In this document: positions 1 to 9,888 of the stretch, one piece after another
Layout of the letters: each line of letters opens with the position of its first letter
How positions within the stretch are numbered: the first letter of the stretch is position 1
Source: Cyanophora paradoxa CCMP329
Lineage: Eukaryota; Plantae; Glaucophyta
Direction: 5' to 3'
Assembly (NCBI GenBank): GCA_004431415.1
Contig: QPMI01000496.1
Location: 310,001 to 374,000 of the forward strand
Length of the DNA stretch: 64,000 nucleotides
The notes under the pieces: generated by a model
Database searches by the model: none
What the model saw: the letters and a program-made list of their open reading frames with translations, nothing else
What the model was told of the DNA's origin: nothing
Translations under genes and position numbers: made by a program

Positions 1-1
1 T

Positions 2-2308
2 TCCGATTTCGATGTAGTGAGTGGTTGGAATAGCACAGGTGTAGCATTTGTCGGAAGTTGGCAGACCGATTGGAAACCTACAACAGATAACCCAGTAGCA
101 GGATTTTATAGCACTATACAAAATGAAGAGACGAGCAGTGACTACGCGCAAGTTATAGTGCCGACAGGAATGAAAACATGTCACATCCAATATTTATGTT
201 GGACGAATGCGAGATATTTCGATATTCAGGGATACCGCAACAGTCGATGGAATCACATTATGAGAGTGAATACTTACCAGAATGTATCAAACACAGCCGA
301 TACAAATTGGCACGACAGTTTATTATGGACTTCCGTATTTTGTGGGAATTTTACACATATTCGAGTTGTTGCGAGAAAAGGACGAATTCATATCGGATAT
401 TTTGCATGGACGAAAGAGGTAGGAAGAACCGCACCAGCAAATGGTATGATAAGTTGGGATAATGTGTATAGTAAACCATCTTTTTATTCAGCCGCAGACC
501 TTCCAGGAACAGCAACATGGGCAATTGATACATGGTTAAAATCAACAGATAACTATTCACGGTTCTATTTTGCAAATGCAAATGCTACATATATTCGAGG
601 AAGACCCAATGGAGATAATGCGTGCGTTGTATTCAGAAACTCAGCAGATGCTACAATTTTACAATCATATGAAAACGGAAACCTTGCAGTTAACAATACT
701 TTGTCCGCTCCGACTCTAAGTGGAACAATCATTAATGGAGGTTCAATTAATGCTACTACAAACTATAAATTTGGCGACAAAACAATGCCCCGATGTGTAG
801 AATATGACGCATCGGTAGCAGGGAATTCCCCACATGGTTATGCAGGAAGTTGGAGTTTTGAAGGTGGAACGTATTGGGAACCCTACTATAATTACGGTGG
901 GTATGCTTACAATAATGAGAGTGGCGACACTGTTGTTAGCAGCTCATGGGTCGATTACACAATTCCAACTGATATATATACGGGAACAGCCCACTTATTA
1001 TATCTCCCTTGGGTAAATGGTCGTTACTTCGAGATTTGGGGAATCAATAGACAAGGTAATGCGGTTTTCATTGCAAGAGTAAATAGTTATCATCTACATG
1101 AAAGCGCACCAGACGGAAACCACAATGGCATACAAAATATCCCAATCATGCTTGGAAATCGCTTTATTCGCCTTCGTATTATTCCAAAGGTTGGCAGAAT
1201 TCACATTATGGGGATTGGATTTACTCGCAGTTGGACAGGAAGTAGTTATGGTGGACACACAGGTTTTGTTTCTTGGGATAACATTTATAGTAAGCCAAAT
1301 CTACTTACACCGAGTTTAGTCGGAAACATTACAGGTTTCGATACTTGGAGTGGAACAGGTAGTGGCGGTCTATCATTTAGTGGTGGTTGGACAACAGGTT
1401 GGACAGCTTCTGTTTCTAATCCTGTGGATGGATTTTACAGCAATATAGGAGATGAAACGACAAGTGGAGATTGGGCGCAAATTGAAGTTCCCGCTAATAT
1501 GAAATCATGTCACGTTCAATATCTGTGTTGGACAACAAGTAGATATTTCGATATTGGAGGTTATCGAGCGGGTAGATGGTTCCATATTATGCGTGTGAAT
1601 ACTTACCAGGCAATCTCCAATTATGGAACCACAGATTATCATGATGGTTTGGCGTGGGCTTCCTTTGCTTGTGATTATTTCACACACGTAAGATTTGTCG
1701 CAAGAAAAGGACGCTGTTACATTGGAATGGTAGGATGGACAAAAGAAAAAGGGAGAACCTCACCCGCTAATGGTATGATAAGTTGGGATAATGTTTATAG
1801 TAAAGACGCTCGCACCACATGGGCTACCGGAACTTGGATAACATCAGATGAAGGTTATCAGAGAATGTATTTCGGTTCAGCATCAACTACATATATCAGA
1901 GGTCATGCGGCAACAGTAGTAGAGTTTAGAAATGCATCGGATACAAACATAGCATATATCGAACAAAGTGGATACATGTATATTGCGGCATATTTGACAC
2001 AAGGAAGTGACAGACGGTATAAATCGGACATCAAAAGGATAACCGGCGCTCTGAAAGCTGTCGAGCAATTAGAAGGAGTAAGCTTTAAACGAATTGGAAG
2101 CGAAAAAGACGGAACCAAATTAGGTTTAATAGCGCAAGATGTTCAAAAGGTAATACCAGAAGTTGTTAATACAAAATACGATGATGGTTACCTATCTCTC
2201 GAATACACAGGATTGGTTCCAGTTCTCATTGAAGCCGTAAAAGAATTATCCCAGAAATGCAAGAGTCTACAAGATCAAATAGACCAAATTAAGCTCCAAG
2301 GAAGCTAG
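2..2308 (+). CDS. Virion fibre/spike-like protein with three repeated domains and C-terminal peptidase S74 (intramolecular chaperone); 5'-truncated by window
   Basis: Frame is open from nt 2. C-terminus SDRRYKSDIKRI...GLIAQDVQKVIPEVV...LEYTGLVPVLIEAVKEL plus coiled coil is the S74 signature. Three ~150-aa repeats each end SWDN(V/I)YSK. Confidence 0.85.
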   Translation, partial: SDFDVVSGWNSTGVAFVGSWQTDWKPTTDNPVAGFYSTIQNEETSSDYAQVIVPTGMKTCHIQYLCWTNARYFDIQGYRNSRWNHIMRVNTYQNVSNTADTNWHDSLLWTSVFCGNFTHIRVVARKGRIHIGYFAWTKEVGRTAPANGMISWDNVYSKPSFYSAADLPGTATWAIDTWLKSTDNYSRFYFANANATYIRGRPNGDNACVVFRNSADATILQSYENGNLAVNNTLSAPTLSGTIINGGSINATTNYKFGDKTMPRCVEYDASVAGNSPHGYAGSWSFEGGTYWEPYYNYGGYAYNNESGDTVVSSSWVDYTIPTDIYTGTAHLLYLPWVNGRYFEIWGINRQGNAVFIARVNSYHLHESAPDGNHNGIQNIPIMLGNRFIRLRIIPKVGRIHIMGIGFTRSWTGSSYGGHTGFVSWDNIYSKPNLLTPSLVGNITGFDTWSGTGSGGLSFSGGWTTGWTASVSNPVDGFYSNIGDETTSGDWAQIEVPANMKSCHVQYLCWTTSRYFDIGGYRAGRWFHIMRVNTYQAISNYGTTDYHDGLAWASFACDYFTHVRFVARKGRCYIGMVGWTKEKGRTSPANGMISWDNVYSKDARTTWATGTWITSDEGYQRMYFGSASTTYIRGHAATVVEFRNASDTNIAYIEQSGYMYIAAYLTQGSDRRYKSDIKRITGALKAVEQLEGVSFKRIGSEKDGTKLGLIAQDVQKVIPEVVNTKYDDGYLSLEYTGLVPVLIEAVKELSQKCKSLQDQIDQIKLQGS

Positions 2309-2406
2309 CTATAGTCATGAGCATTTGCAAGCGGCACTTTCAGAGCTCGAGTAGTCTCAATAAGATAGATAGATCTGCGTTTTTTTTCTGTGTTTAATTA
2401 GAATAA

Positions 2407-2715
2407 ATGGCGACCTATCCACTTGGTGGATCTCCTTCTACTACTACTGAACCTGTTGCTCTTGCATTCGATACCATAAAACTTGTAGCCGCACTGCAAA
2501 ACGTCGAAAAAACAATCCAGCACACTAACAAACTGTCACCAGTCGTTCATGAATATAAAAACCTCTTGGTTAATGTCCTTGCGCAATCGGCATATGGTGA
2601 CCCTGTTGCTAAATACACTGAGTGTGATAGCAATATCAAAGCAATGACAGCCAACCTTCAAACTCTTTCTGTTGCTTACCAATCCCTAGGATCGAATCTA
2701 ATCAGTTTGGCGTGA
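2407..2715 (+). CDS. Hypothetical viral protein (102 aa, helical)
   Basis: ATG preceded by AT-rich leader (ttaattagaataaATG); co-oriented with neighbours. Confidence 0.6.
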   Translation: MATYPLGGSPSTTTEPVALAFDTIKLVAALQNVEKTIQHTNKLSPVVHEYKNLLVNVLAQSAYGDPVAKYTECDSNIKAMTANLQTLSVAYQSLGSNLISLA

Positions 2716-2815
2716 ACTATGTTGAGCTGTACGAACCGTTTTTTTTTTGCTGACCGGTTTTTGCTGACTGTTTTTTTTCTGTTCTTTCGTTTTAAAGACG
2801 GGGTCTCCCTTCGCC

Positions 2816-3664
2816 ATGGCTGAATTTAATCGCGTGCAGCTGCCCATCTATAGTCTTGGGTCTCCTGCGATCCACATGAGGACGCACGAGGTAAGCGATG
2901 CAGTTATTGGTCTTGAGTCCACTGAGCGCGCTAACTCGACCAATGCTTTCGATCACAGATCGCTGATTCGCTGCAGAGAGATTCGGGCTGATAAAAATGC
3001 GGGAGCTGTGAAAACCACACGCCTGCTCGTGACAAACGCAAATTTCAATCAGCCATTGCTAGGCGGCCCAGACGCATACAGCGTAGATTTACGTACGCTG
3101 AACTATGATCAGAACAACGCTGCTCTTACAGTGCGTTCTGGGGGCGCGGCGATTTCTGGTAGCTGCAGAGTCAGTGGAGTCCACTCCTCTTCGATTTCTG
3201 TCACTGATGTGCCTGACTTTTCATTGGAGAATGCTGAGAATCGTCAACGCGTTCGCATGTACCAGCCATGCTGCGACCTGCCTTACGCACAGGCTCTGAT
3301 TGAAGTAGAGATCACGATTGCAAATGCAAGCCGGCCTGAGGGCACTGATGGTCCGTGGTTGCTTTCAAACAGAGAGATCCCGAAAGCGCTGCAGTCCATG
3401 TGCCAGGATCAAAATAACCGACTCGGCCACGTTTATACGTTCTTTGTGCAGGGACTTGGGCATGCTGGACAGGGTTACGTAGTACGTAATATTAATACGA
3501 GACATCTATTCGATCTATATGCGACTACAATAGGTCGGTACTCGCTGCTCGTCATCGGCTACAGAACCGACGGGGCTGCAAACGCAGCTTCGAGAGGGAT
3601 CAACATTGATCCGACACTCAATAACATGTACGATGAACCGAACCCCCTAGACCCTCTTCCATAG
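2816..3664 (+). CDS. Hypothetical viral protein, paralog A (possible minor virion/fibre-associated protein)
   Basis: 282 aa; N-terminal HxVSDxVxGxxSTE...E(I/L)RADKNxGxxKTTxLLVxNANxN shared with ORF 3716-4540. Confidence 0.75.
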   Translation: MAEFNRVQLPIYSLGSPAIHMRTHEVSDAVIGLESTERANSTNAFDHRSLIRCREIRADKNAGAVKTTRLLVTNANFNQPLLGGPDAYSVDLRTLNYDQNNAALTVRSGGAAISGSCRVSGVHSSSISVTDVPDFSLENAENRQRVRMYQPCCDLPYAQALIEVEITIANASRPEGTDGPWLLSNREIPKALQSMCQDQNNRLGHVYTFFVQGLGHAGQGYVVRNINTRHLFDLYATTIGRYSLLVIGYRTDGAANAASRGINIDPTLNNMYDEPNPLDPLP

Positions 3665-3715
3665 CGCGTTCTCTTTCCGGCATTCTCTTTTTTTTAAACC
3701 AGCCGTCTATAAAAA

Positions 3716-4540
3716 ATGGCTAGCGCAGTTGAAAGGATAGTGACGACGAGCCTCACTCTAGCGGCGCCAGCTGATCACGTTCTGCAGCACGCAGTCTCCG
3801 ATGATGTGCCGGGGGTGCAGTCAACGGAGCAAGCCCCTACCATGAACACCTTCCGTGAAAATCACACTTTGCGCGTTGGCGAGCTCCGTGCAGATAAAAA
3901 CGAGGGCAAAATTAAAACGACCACCCTTCTAGTATCGAATGCAAACTACAATGCTAGCTATGGGGCTGGCGACTCATGGGGCGAACCGATTCATGCATTT
4001 GTTTACGCTGATCGAAACGGAGCTGCTGTTATACGCTCTGGCGGCTGTTATATCGGCGATGGCCTACGAGTTGGGGGGCCGGTCGGTGCTCCTATTTTCC
4101 TGAACGATCAGCCAAACCCTGAGGATTCCAGCACGAGAATTCGAACGTACGTGCCCTCGTCAAACGCTCCTATGCTCATTCATATATCGTTCATGATTGT
4201 GAACGAGCAGACGTCAGACCCTGACAACATCCTCGATCTTGGTGATCACTTCAAGGTCGTTTGCGAAATTCCGCCTGATGTCTTTTTCCTGTGCCGGCGC
4301 GATGATGGGCCGCCGAAGATTACTGTGCAGGTCCTTCCGGTAGATAATTTCGGGCAAGCCTTCCACGCCCCTACAGTCGGGCTGGAGGACTACAAATTCC
4401 TGGTTCGAGCGACGAAGTATGGGACATACAAATTGATTCTCTTCGCTGAGCGCAGCGATGCCATCGCAAACGCACATCGGTTTGCGGAATATGCCGGGAC
4501 CAACCGCTATGCGCCGCCAACGCAGGACTCTGCTCCCTAG
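3716..4540 (+). CDS. Hypothetical viral protein, paralog B (possible minor virion/fibre-associated protein)
   Basis: 274 aa; colinear similarity to 2816-3664 including the C-terminal AT..G.Y.L....R.D..ANA; aaaaaATG context. Confidence 0.75.
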   Translation: MASAVERIVTTSLTLAAPADHVLQHAVSDDVPGVQSTEQAPTMNTFRENHTLRVGELRADKNEGKIKTTTLLVSNANYNASYGAGDSWGEPIHAFVYADRNGAAVIRSGGCYIGDGLRVGGPVGAPIFLNDQPNPEDSSTRIRTYVPSSNAPMLIHISFMIVNEQTSDPDNILDLGDHFKVVCEIPPDVFFLCRRDDGPPKITVQVLPVDNFGQAFHAPTVGLEDYKFLVRATKYGTYKLILFAERSDAIANAHRFAEYAGTNRYAPPTQDSAP

Positions 4541-4576
4541 CGAGATAAATATTATGTGTGTTTAATCAGATAACCA

Positions 4577-4789
4577 ATGTGCTCCTGCCTTGTGACACTG
4601 GCTAAGCTTCTCCTTCATGGGGGCCACGGTCATTTTCATAGCCGCTGCGATGCCGACCTTGATATCTCGGTCAGGTGCCCCATAACGTTGACCGAGGATC
4701 GGTCTCAGCCTTTAGAAAGGCCTTTTCAAACTCCACTAACCGAGGGCGTTTATTCTTCTCCACTCGCAGAAAGCACTTCAATTCTTTAG
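4577..4789 (+). CDS. Small hypothetical viral protein (Cys-containing hydrophobic N-terminus)
   Basis: 70 aa MCSCLVTLAKLLLH...; AT-rich leader; fills the gap between co-oriented ORFs. Confidence 0.4.
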   Translation: MCSCLVTLAKLLLHGGHGHFHSRCDADLDISVRCPITLTEDRSQPLERPFQTPLTEGVYSSPLAESTSIL

Positions 4790-4896
4790 AGGAGGGCGCA
4801 GCAAAGGAGACGGTCGAAGGGTGTCCCCTTCATCGCGACAAAAACGCGATTTTTTTTGTCGTGTTGATAATACTGTGACAAGGATCCAATTCAATA

Positions 4897-5241
4897 ATGC
4901 CAGGCAGCGGAGCAGGCAGCGGAGCCGAAGTAGACCCTCCCATGCGCAAGCGAGGCAGGAAGCGAGTTGTAGTTACGCCTGAAATTTTGGAGGCTCGACG
5001 AGCCAAGAGGGCAGAGTATCGGCGTCGGAAGTACGCCGAAGATCCTGATTTCCGACAGAAGCGTATCGCTGAAAGCACCAAGTACCAGTCAAATCACAGG
5101 GAAGAACACAACGAAGCAAACAGACGCTACCGGGGTCGCATCATGAATAAGATCGCTGTGCTTGAGGCCGCCCTGGCATATGTGTTAGCTAGCGGTCAGG
5201 GCGACTCTTTGGCTGTCGCCTCAGCGTCCTTGTGTTGCTAG
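4897..5241 (+). CDS. Basic helical putative DNA-binding protein
   Basis: RKRGRKR followed by an Arg/Lys-rich helix (EARRAKRAEYRRRKY...RQKRIAES); aataATG context. Confidence 0.6.
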   Translation: MPGSGAGSGAEVDPPMRKRGRKRVVVTPEILEARRAKRAEYRRRKYAEDPDFRQKRIAESTKYQSNHREEHNEANRRYRGRIMNKIAVLEAALAYVLASGQGDSLAVASASLCC

Positions 5242-6388
5242 GTGCTGTGTAAGAAGTGCTTGAGTTTTCGAATGACGAATACCACCTCTGCGTAGCTCCA
5301 CCTGGATTCAGCTTGTCTGTTCCTGCCGTCAGCAACTGCTTTTGTAGGCGGAGTAGCTGCTTACTTTTTTCGATCTGGGACTTGTCCAGGTTTTCCTGCA
5401 TTAGCTTCAGCTCTTGCCTACGTTTTTTCAGAGCTCTCTCTGCCGCTGAACCTGGCTGACGCACTTCGGTGTCCGACGGTATTTTCAGAAGGTACTGGTA
5501 GGTGACGGGTTTGTCGTAGCCTGAGAGGGTAAATTGCAGAAGCGGTCCAAATCCCCCTACAGATTTGATCGTGTGGACCTCTTTCGAGTATGTCGGCTTT
5601 GTTGACTTGTCAAAAGTTCTGGCAGCAAGCTTCACGCGCACCCTATCCCCAACTTTGAATTCCGCCTCTTTAAAGTAGTGCTGCTGCTCGTAAGTCTCTC
5701 TCTGATAATCATTCCTTGCTATTACCTGTGCAGGGTGCTTTGTGGCGTCGTCGGGAGTTGCTCCGATCGATCGATGCTCCGTGCTATTGTAGTTCCTGAG
5801 AAACGCAGGAAGTTTGTCAATGTACCTGTCCGTATCATTAGCTTCCATGTATCGTGCTATGATGCGCTTTAAAGTGCCGTTGAAGCGCTCTATCTTACCG
5901 TTTGCCTGGGGCCTGTGCGATCCAATTAAGTTGTGCTTGATTCCCCTTTCGGCAAGCATGTTTGTAGTTGATGCTTTGAACTCCTGATCGGTCTGAATGA
6001 TTTTCACAGAGGGCAGACTGTCCACCAGCTCGCGAAGCGTTGATAGCAGCGTTCCTTCTGATTTAGTTTTCATCGCGATACTGTACGCCTTCCTAGTGAC
6101 AACGTCGATTGCGTTCATGATAAAGTGCACGCCACGATTCGACCTGGCATATGGAGTGACATCAATCAGGTCGACCTCGTAGTACTGCTCAGGATGATCA
6201 TACACGACGCTCGTCGATGGCAACTCTTTTGGTGGCTTCACAAACCGCTGGGCAGTCGAGAGCTTTGCCAGTACTTCTCTCACTCTGGACACTGGCAGGT
6301 CGAGCTTCTTGGCGATTCGAGCTGCCGACTGAAATCCTGTTTCTGGGTCATAATAAGCATCAGCAATTGATTTCGCTTTGCCACTCAT
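5189..6388 (-). CDS. Polinton-type retroviral-like (RVE, DDE) integrase
   Basis: YYDP..GF.S N-terminus; EVDLID, IDVVTRKAY, IQTDQEF, NGKIERFNGTLK, YNSTEHRSIGATP, FKVGDRVRV...FDK....YSKE motifs; no C-terminal chromodomain seen. Confidence 0.93.
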   Translation of the reverse strand: MSGKAKSIADAYYDPETGFQSAARIAKKLDLPVSRVREVLAKLSTAQRFVKPPKELPSTSVVYDHPEQYYEVDLIDVTPYARSNRGVHFIMNAIDVVTRKAYSIAMKTKSEGTLLSTLRELVDSLPSVKIIQTDQEFKASTTNMLAERGIKHNLIGSHRPQANGKIERFNGTLKRIIARYMEANDTDRYIDKLPAFLRNYNSTEHRSIGATPDDATKHPAQVIARNDYQRETYEQQHYFKEAEFKVGDRVRVKLAARTFDKSTKPTYSKEVHTIKSVGGFGPLLQFTLSGYDKPVTYQYLLKIPSDTEVRQPGSAAERALKKRRQELKLMQENLDKSQIEKSKQLLRLQKQLLTAGTDKLNPGGATQRWYSSFENSSTSYTAPSNTRTLRRQPKSRPDR

Positions 6389-9300
6389 GGGGAACTGTGC
6401 TATAGTAGGCGTCGGGAATTATCTTCCGTTTTGTGTACTCGGTCTTGTTGAGGATGCGCGTGAATGGTGTCTGAATAATTGTGCTGAACCCGATACCTGC
6501 CGCTCGCTGCTTTTTATTAGGGCAGAAGACTCGTGAGAGCTTCGATTCGACCTTGCATTCAGGCTGATACCGGCTCTCGAGCATCTGTCTGAAATCATTC
6601 AGGGTGGTTTCTGCCGAGTGCCAATTTGTCTCGATCCAGCTCCTCGGAATGCCTTTGGCCCGCACATGTAGGCCGTGCTCGCCACTGATTTGTGCAAAGT
6701 AACAGGTACAAACTTTTGGCGCGATGAAGTACGCCTCCACAATTTTACCCTTGATGTCGTAGTCAAGTTTGCCGAGCTCCATTGCGCAGATCCGCTTGTT
6801 CTGCTCCTCTTCCATAAGCCCTTCCAGAGAGTAGGGCTATTTCATGCAGTCTGCCAACACCTCTGCGTGTTTTCTGTGCACAATCATCGAGTCTGTGTCG
6901 GTGTACCAGGGCATTGCATCTATGTTCCAGTACGACCCCATTCTAGTAAGGAAAGTGTCCATGATCTCCCGACTGTAGGACAAGATGAAAGCACCAATAA
7001 AACAAGGCTTCTTGACTTGTTCATCGCGCTCCTCTTCAGGTACTTCGTATGTTACAAACATGCGAGTGTCAGATTCGATTTCAATATCTGTAATCGTCGA
7101 GCTATTTTGGATCGATTTAAAGCACCTGTAGTTGCTTACCAGCTCTCGAGTTTCTATGATGGGGCGCTGGGCAAACTTGCCATAGAGGCCGTTCAGAAGA
7201 ATTTTTGCTGTGGCATACTTGGCCGTGCCCTTTGTAGAGCGCGCTTTCATGCCGTAGACATTTTCAACGTAGTCTTTGAAGAGGCGCTCTTTGCCGTCGA
7301 ACACATACACCTCGTGCACATCGGCGATCTGCACCCCTTTGCAGAGCGCTCTGTAGATGTCAACGGATGTGTACATCTCACGCACAACTGGCTTGAGGTT
7401 GGACCAGCCAAGATTCGATTCGTGCCGTGGTAGTGGAGATAAAGTGAGGTTCTGAGGAATCGTCGCACTAATAGTAGCAATGAATAAATGGGCTTTCTTC
7501 TTACCTGTGATCGTGTATCGATTCAAGTCGTCTCTGAACCGCTGCAAATCGTTGGGGTCGGTCATGTGCCTGAAGCTGCCCGTGGGAAAGTATTTAGAGT
7601 ACATCGCCGTTGGATACAACGACACGACATCTAGGTCGACTAAGTAATCATCAGGCCCAGTCGATTTAAACTTGCGCTTAAAAGGGAGGCAGCGACCGCC
7701 ATAGATCGCCTTGCGGAATGTCTGGTCTTCCTTGTATGTTGGCAGCTTTAATTTGGTGTTGGACGGCATCAGCTGCCTGAAAATCTGAAACGCCATAGAC
7801 GACGCTGTTGGGGTTTGAGTTGAGTTTACGTTGATTTTGAACAAGTCGAAGCTCGTTTTTGCGTAGATCATGTACAGCTCTGTCAGCGACCGCACGTCTT
7901 TCCGAAGATACTCGCTCCATTCTTCTCTATGCCTGTGCACATCAGCCCACGACGTGATCTTTCGATGGTCGAACTCACCCTTCATTGTGCTGCAATTGAA
8001 ATCCTTAGCTGCCTGCTTGAGGGAACCCTGAATGTGCAAACACGGATCGAAACTTGCAAGCTGCCCACCTGCAGAAGTTACCCACTTCATGGTTTTCAAT
8101 TTTCCGTTTGATCGCGTCACAACGACATTGCTGTCAGGTCGATTTGCGATCAGCCACCTATAAAGAAACACAAGGTCGAACCCGCTGCCGTTGTAAAACA
8201 CGATTGTAGTCTTGTCTTTCCACTCATCAAGCCACAGCATGAATTTGTTCAGAGTGTCCTCTCCTTCGAAGGCTCGACTTCCCGAGATCTTCCCATCTGC
8301 AATTATTTCAGCTGCCACTGCGTATGGAACGTGAGTGATGTGGTCGGGGGCAAATGTCTCAAAGTCCGCGCAGATGACCGAGTGCAGAGCGGTAAAGTCG
8401 GCCTCCGGCTCGCAGGCAATAATCTCACGACCGCGTGGACCCTTCATAATTGGCTTACTGCGTACGGCTTTAGCGCACTGCTTTGTGTGGTCCTTCTTCG
8501 CGCTGTACTTACAACGACACTTGGAGCAAAACCTGCAATCTATCTTGTGCTCTGCTAGGTTACTCTGGAGCTCTCCGCAGTTCGTGCAGAGCTCCATCTT
8601 CAGTGTTGCTGCCTTCTTAATCAGGTAGCAGTGAGTATTCACAATGCACAAGTGGGCACGTTGTGCGTAGCCATTTTTGGTCTCGAACAGAGGCTTGAAA
8701 GTTGGTTTTGTCCACTCGTATAGGCTCGCATCAACGCCATAGTACCTGCTCAATTTATCGATGGTTGGCACGTCGACAGCAATAAGGCCCTTCGGTAGCT
8801 TTAATGTCTTCCGTTTGGCACAGTAATCTAGTCTTGCGAGCGTCGCATGGATGGTCTCCAGTTTCGGTGGACACCTGCACATGCCATATCGCTTAGTATA
8901 CTCGAAACATTCAAGCACGCAATTATCTTCAGCGGACATAGGACAGTAAATTTTGTATTGTGTGTGCTCTTTGCCGCCGAAAGGCATCTCACGGAATGGA
9001 ACGTTTCCGAGGGCTCCTGCGTGGTTCTCGGCAATCAGCACCTCAATCTGAACGACCGGCCAGACATTGGCACTATCGTAAGGCTGTTGAGCGAACTGCC
9101 ACTCTTCAAGCTTTTCGTCCAGCTTCGAGAGTATATCTTCCAGCGTATCGTCTGCAATTGTTGCCAACTGCGTGCGGTACATATGCCCATTATCAAACCG
9201 AACGCGAATCATCACGCTAGCACCTAGTTTCTCTTGCACTCGCAGTTCATTTAGAAAACTAATTGTTATCTCACGCACACGCTCAGTGGACGTTGTAGGC

Positions 9301-9710
9301 GCGATGTCGAGCACATCTTTTGTGAAGAGTAGGTTCGGATACTCGTGGTGCTGCACATACCGCCTTTCCGGAATGGAGTCATCAAATAATTCTGAAAAAT
9401 TACTCGCCTCAAGTACGTCATCAAGAGCCTGCGCAGCCGCCGCCCGTGCTATCTGCTCTCGCTCAAAGTGTGCTTGGACGTGTGATTGGTGCAAACGCCT
9501 CGCAGGCTGCGTGGTGTTGCCCAATCGAAGCAGGGTTGCCAATCGAGCTCGCAGTGAGGTCGTCCGGGTTCTTGCCTGCGGTTCTGTTAATCGATTGAGC
9601 GTATTTCTATAGCTCCCATGAATGAACCCACGGGCGTGAAGATCTTGAGCGAGATCGCGGATTTCAGCTCGAAGGGCGTTTCTTGCCATCCTGAGAGTCG
9701 CTTGCATCAA
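6360..9710 (-). CDS. Protein-primed family B DNA polymerase (pPolB), interrupted by one in-frame TAG at 6837-6839
   Basis: Exo motifs ADFETF, FYNGSGFD, YLRKDV; Pol motifs DVVSLYPTAM, KILLNGLYGKFAQ, YTDTDS. ORF 6360-6815 (ELGKL..FIAPK..RAKGIP, thumb) is in the same frame 7 codons after the stop. Confidence 0.93.
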
Positions 9711-9795
9711 TAAGGATCAGAAAAATATTTCGAATTTAAACGCACCAAATCTCCGATTGTCATATATACTAAGCGCTGGCCTTAAGTCGAAGTGG

Positions 9796-9885
9796 GAAGG
9801 GAGACCCTTCAACCCGGCTACGAAGGGAGACCCTTCAACCCCCGCTCTGCGGCGAAGGGAGACCCTTCAACCCCCGCTCTGCGGC
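9796..9885. repeat. Three copies of palindromic GAAGGGAGACCCTTCAACC
   Basis: Copies at ~9796, 9822, 9854; GAAGGG/CCCTTC arms around a 3-nt loop; degenerate 4th copy at ~10298. Confidence 0.9.
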
Positions 9886-9888
9886 TTG

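Noticed and set aside
17-1810. Diversity-generating retroelement TR/VR pair in the fibre repeats
   Set aside because: The repeats differ at all base types, are both coding, and no DGR-type RT is nearby; the RTs in the window are LINE-type.
1-4540. Bacteriophage/prophage or bacterial contamination
   Set aside because: Contiguous with a Polinton-type integrase and pPolB and shares noncoding motifs with the element terminus; no other phage hallmark genes seen.
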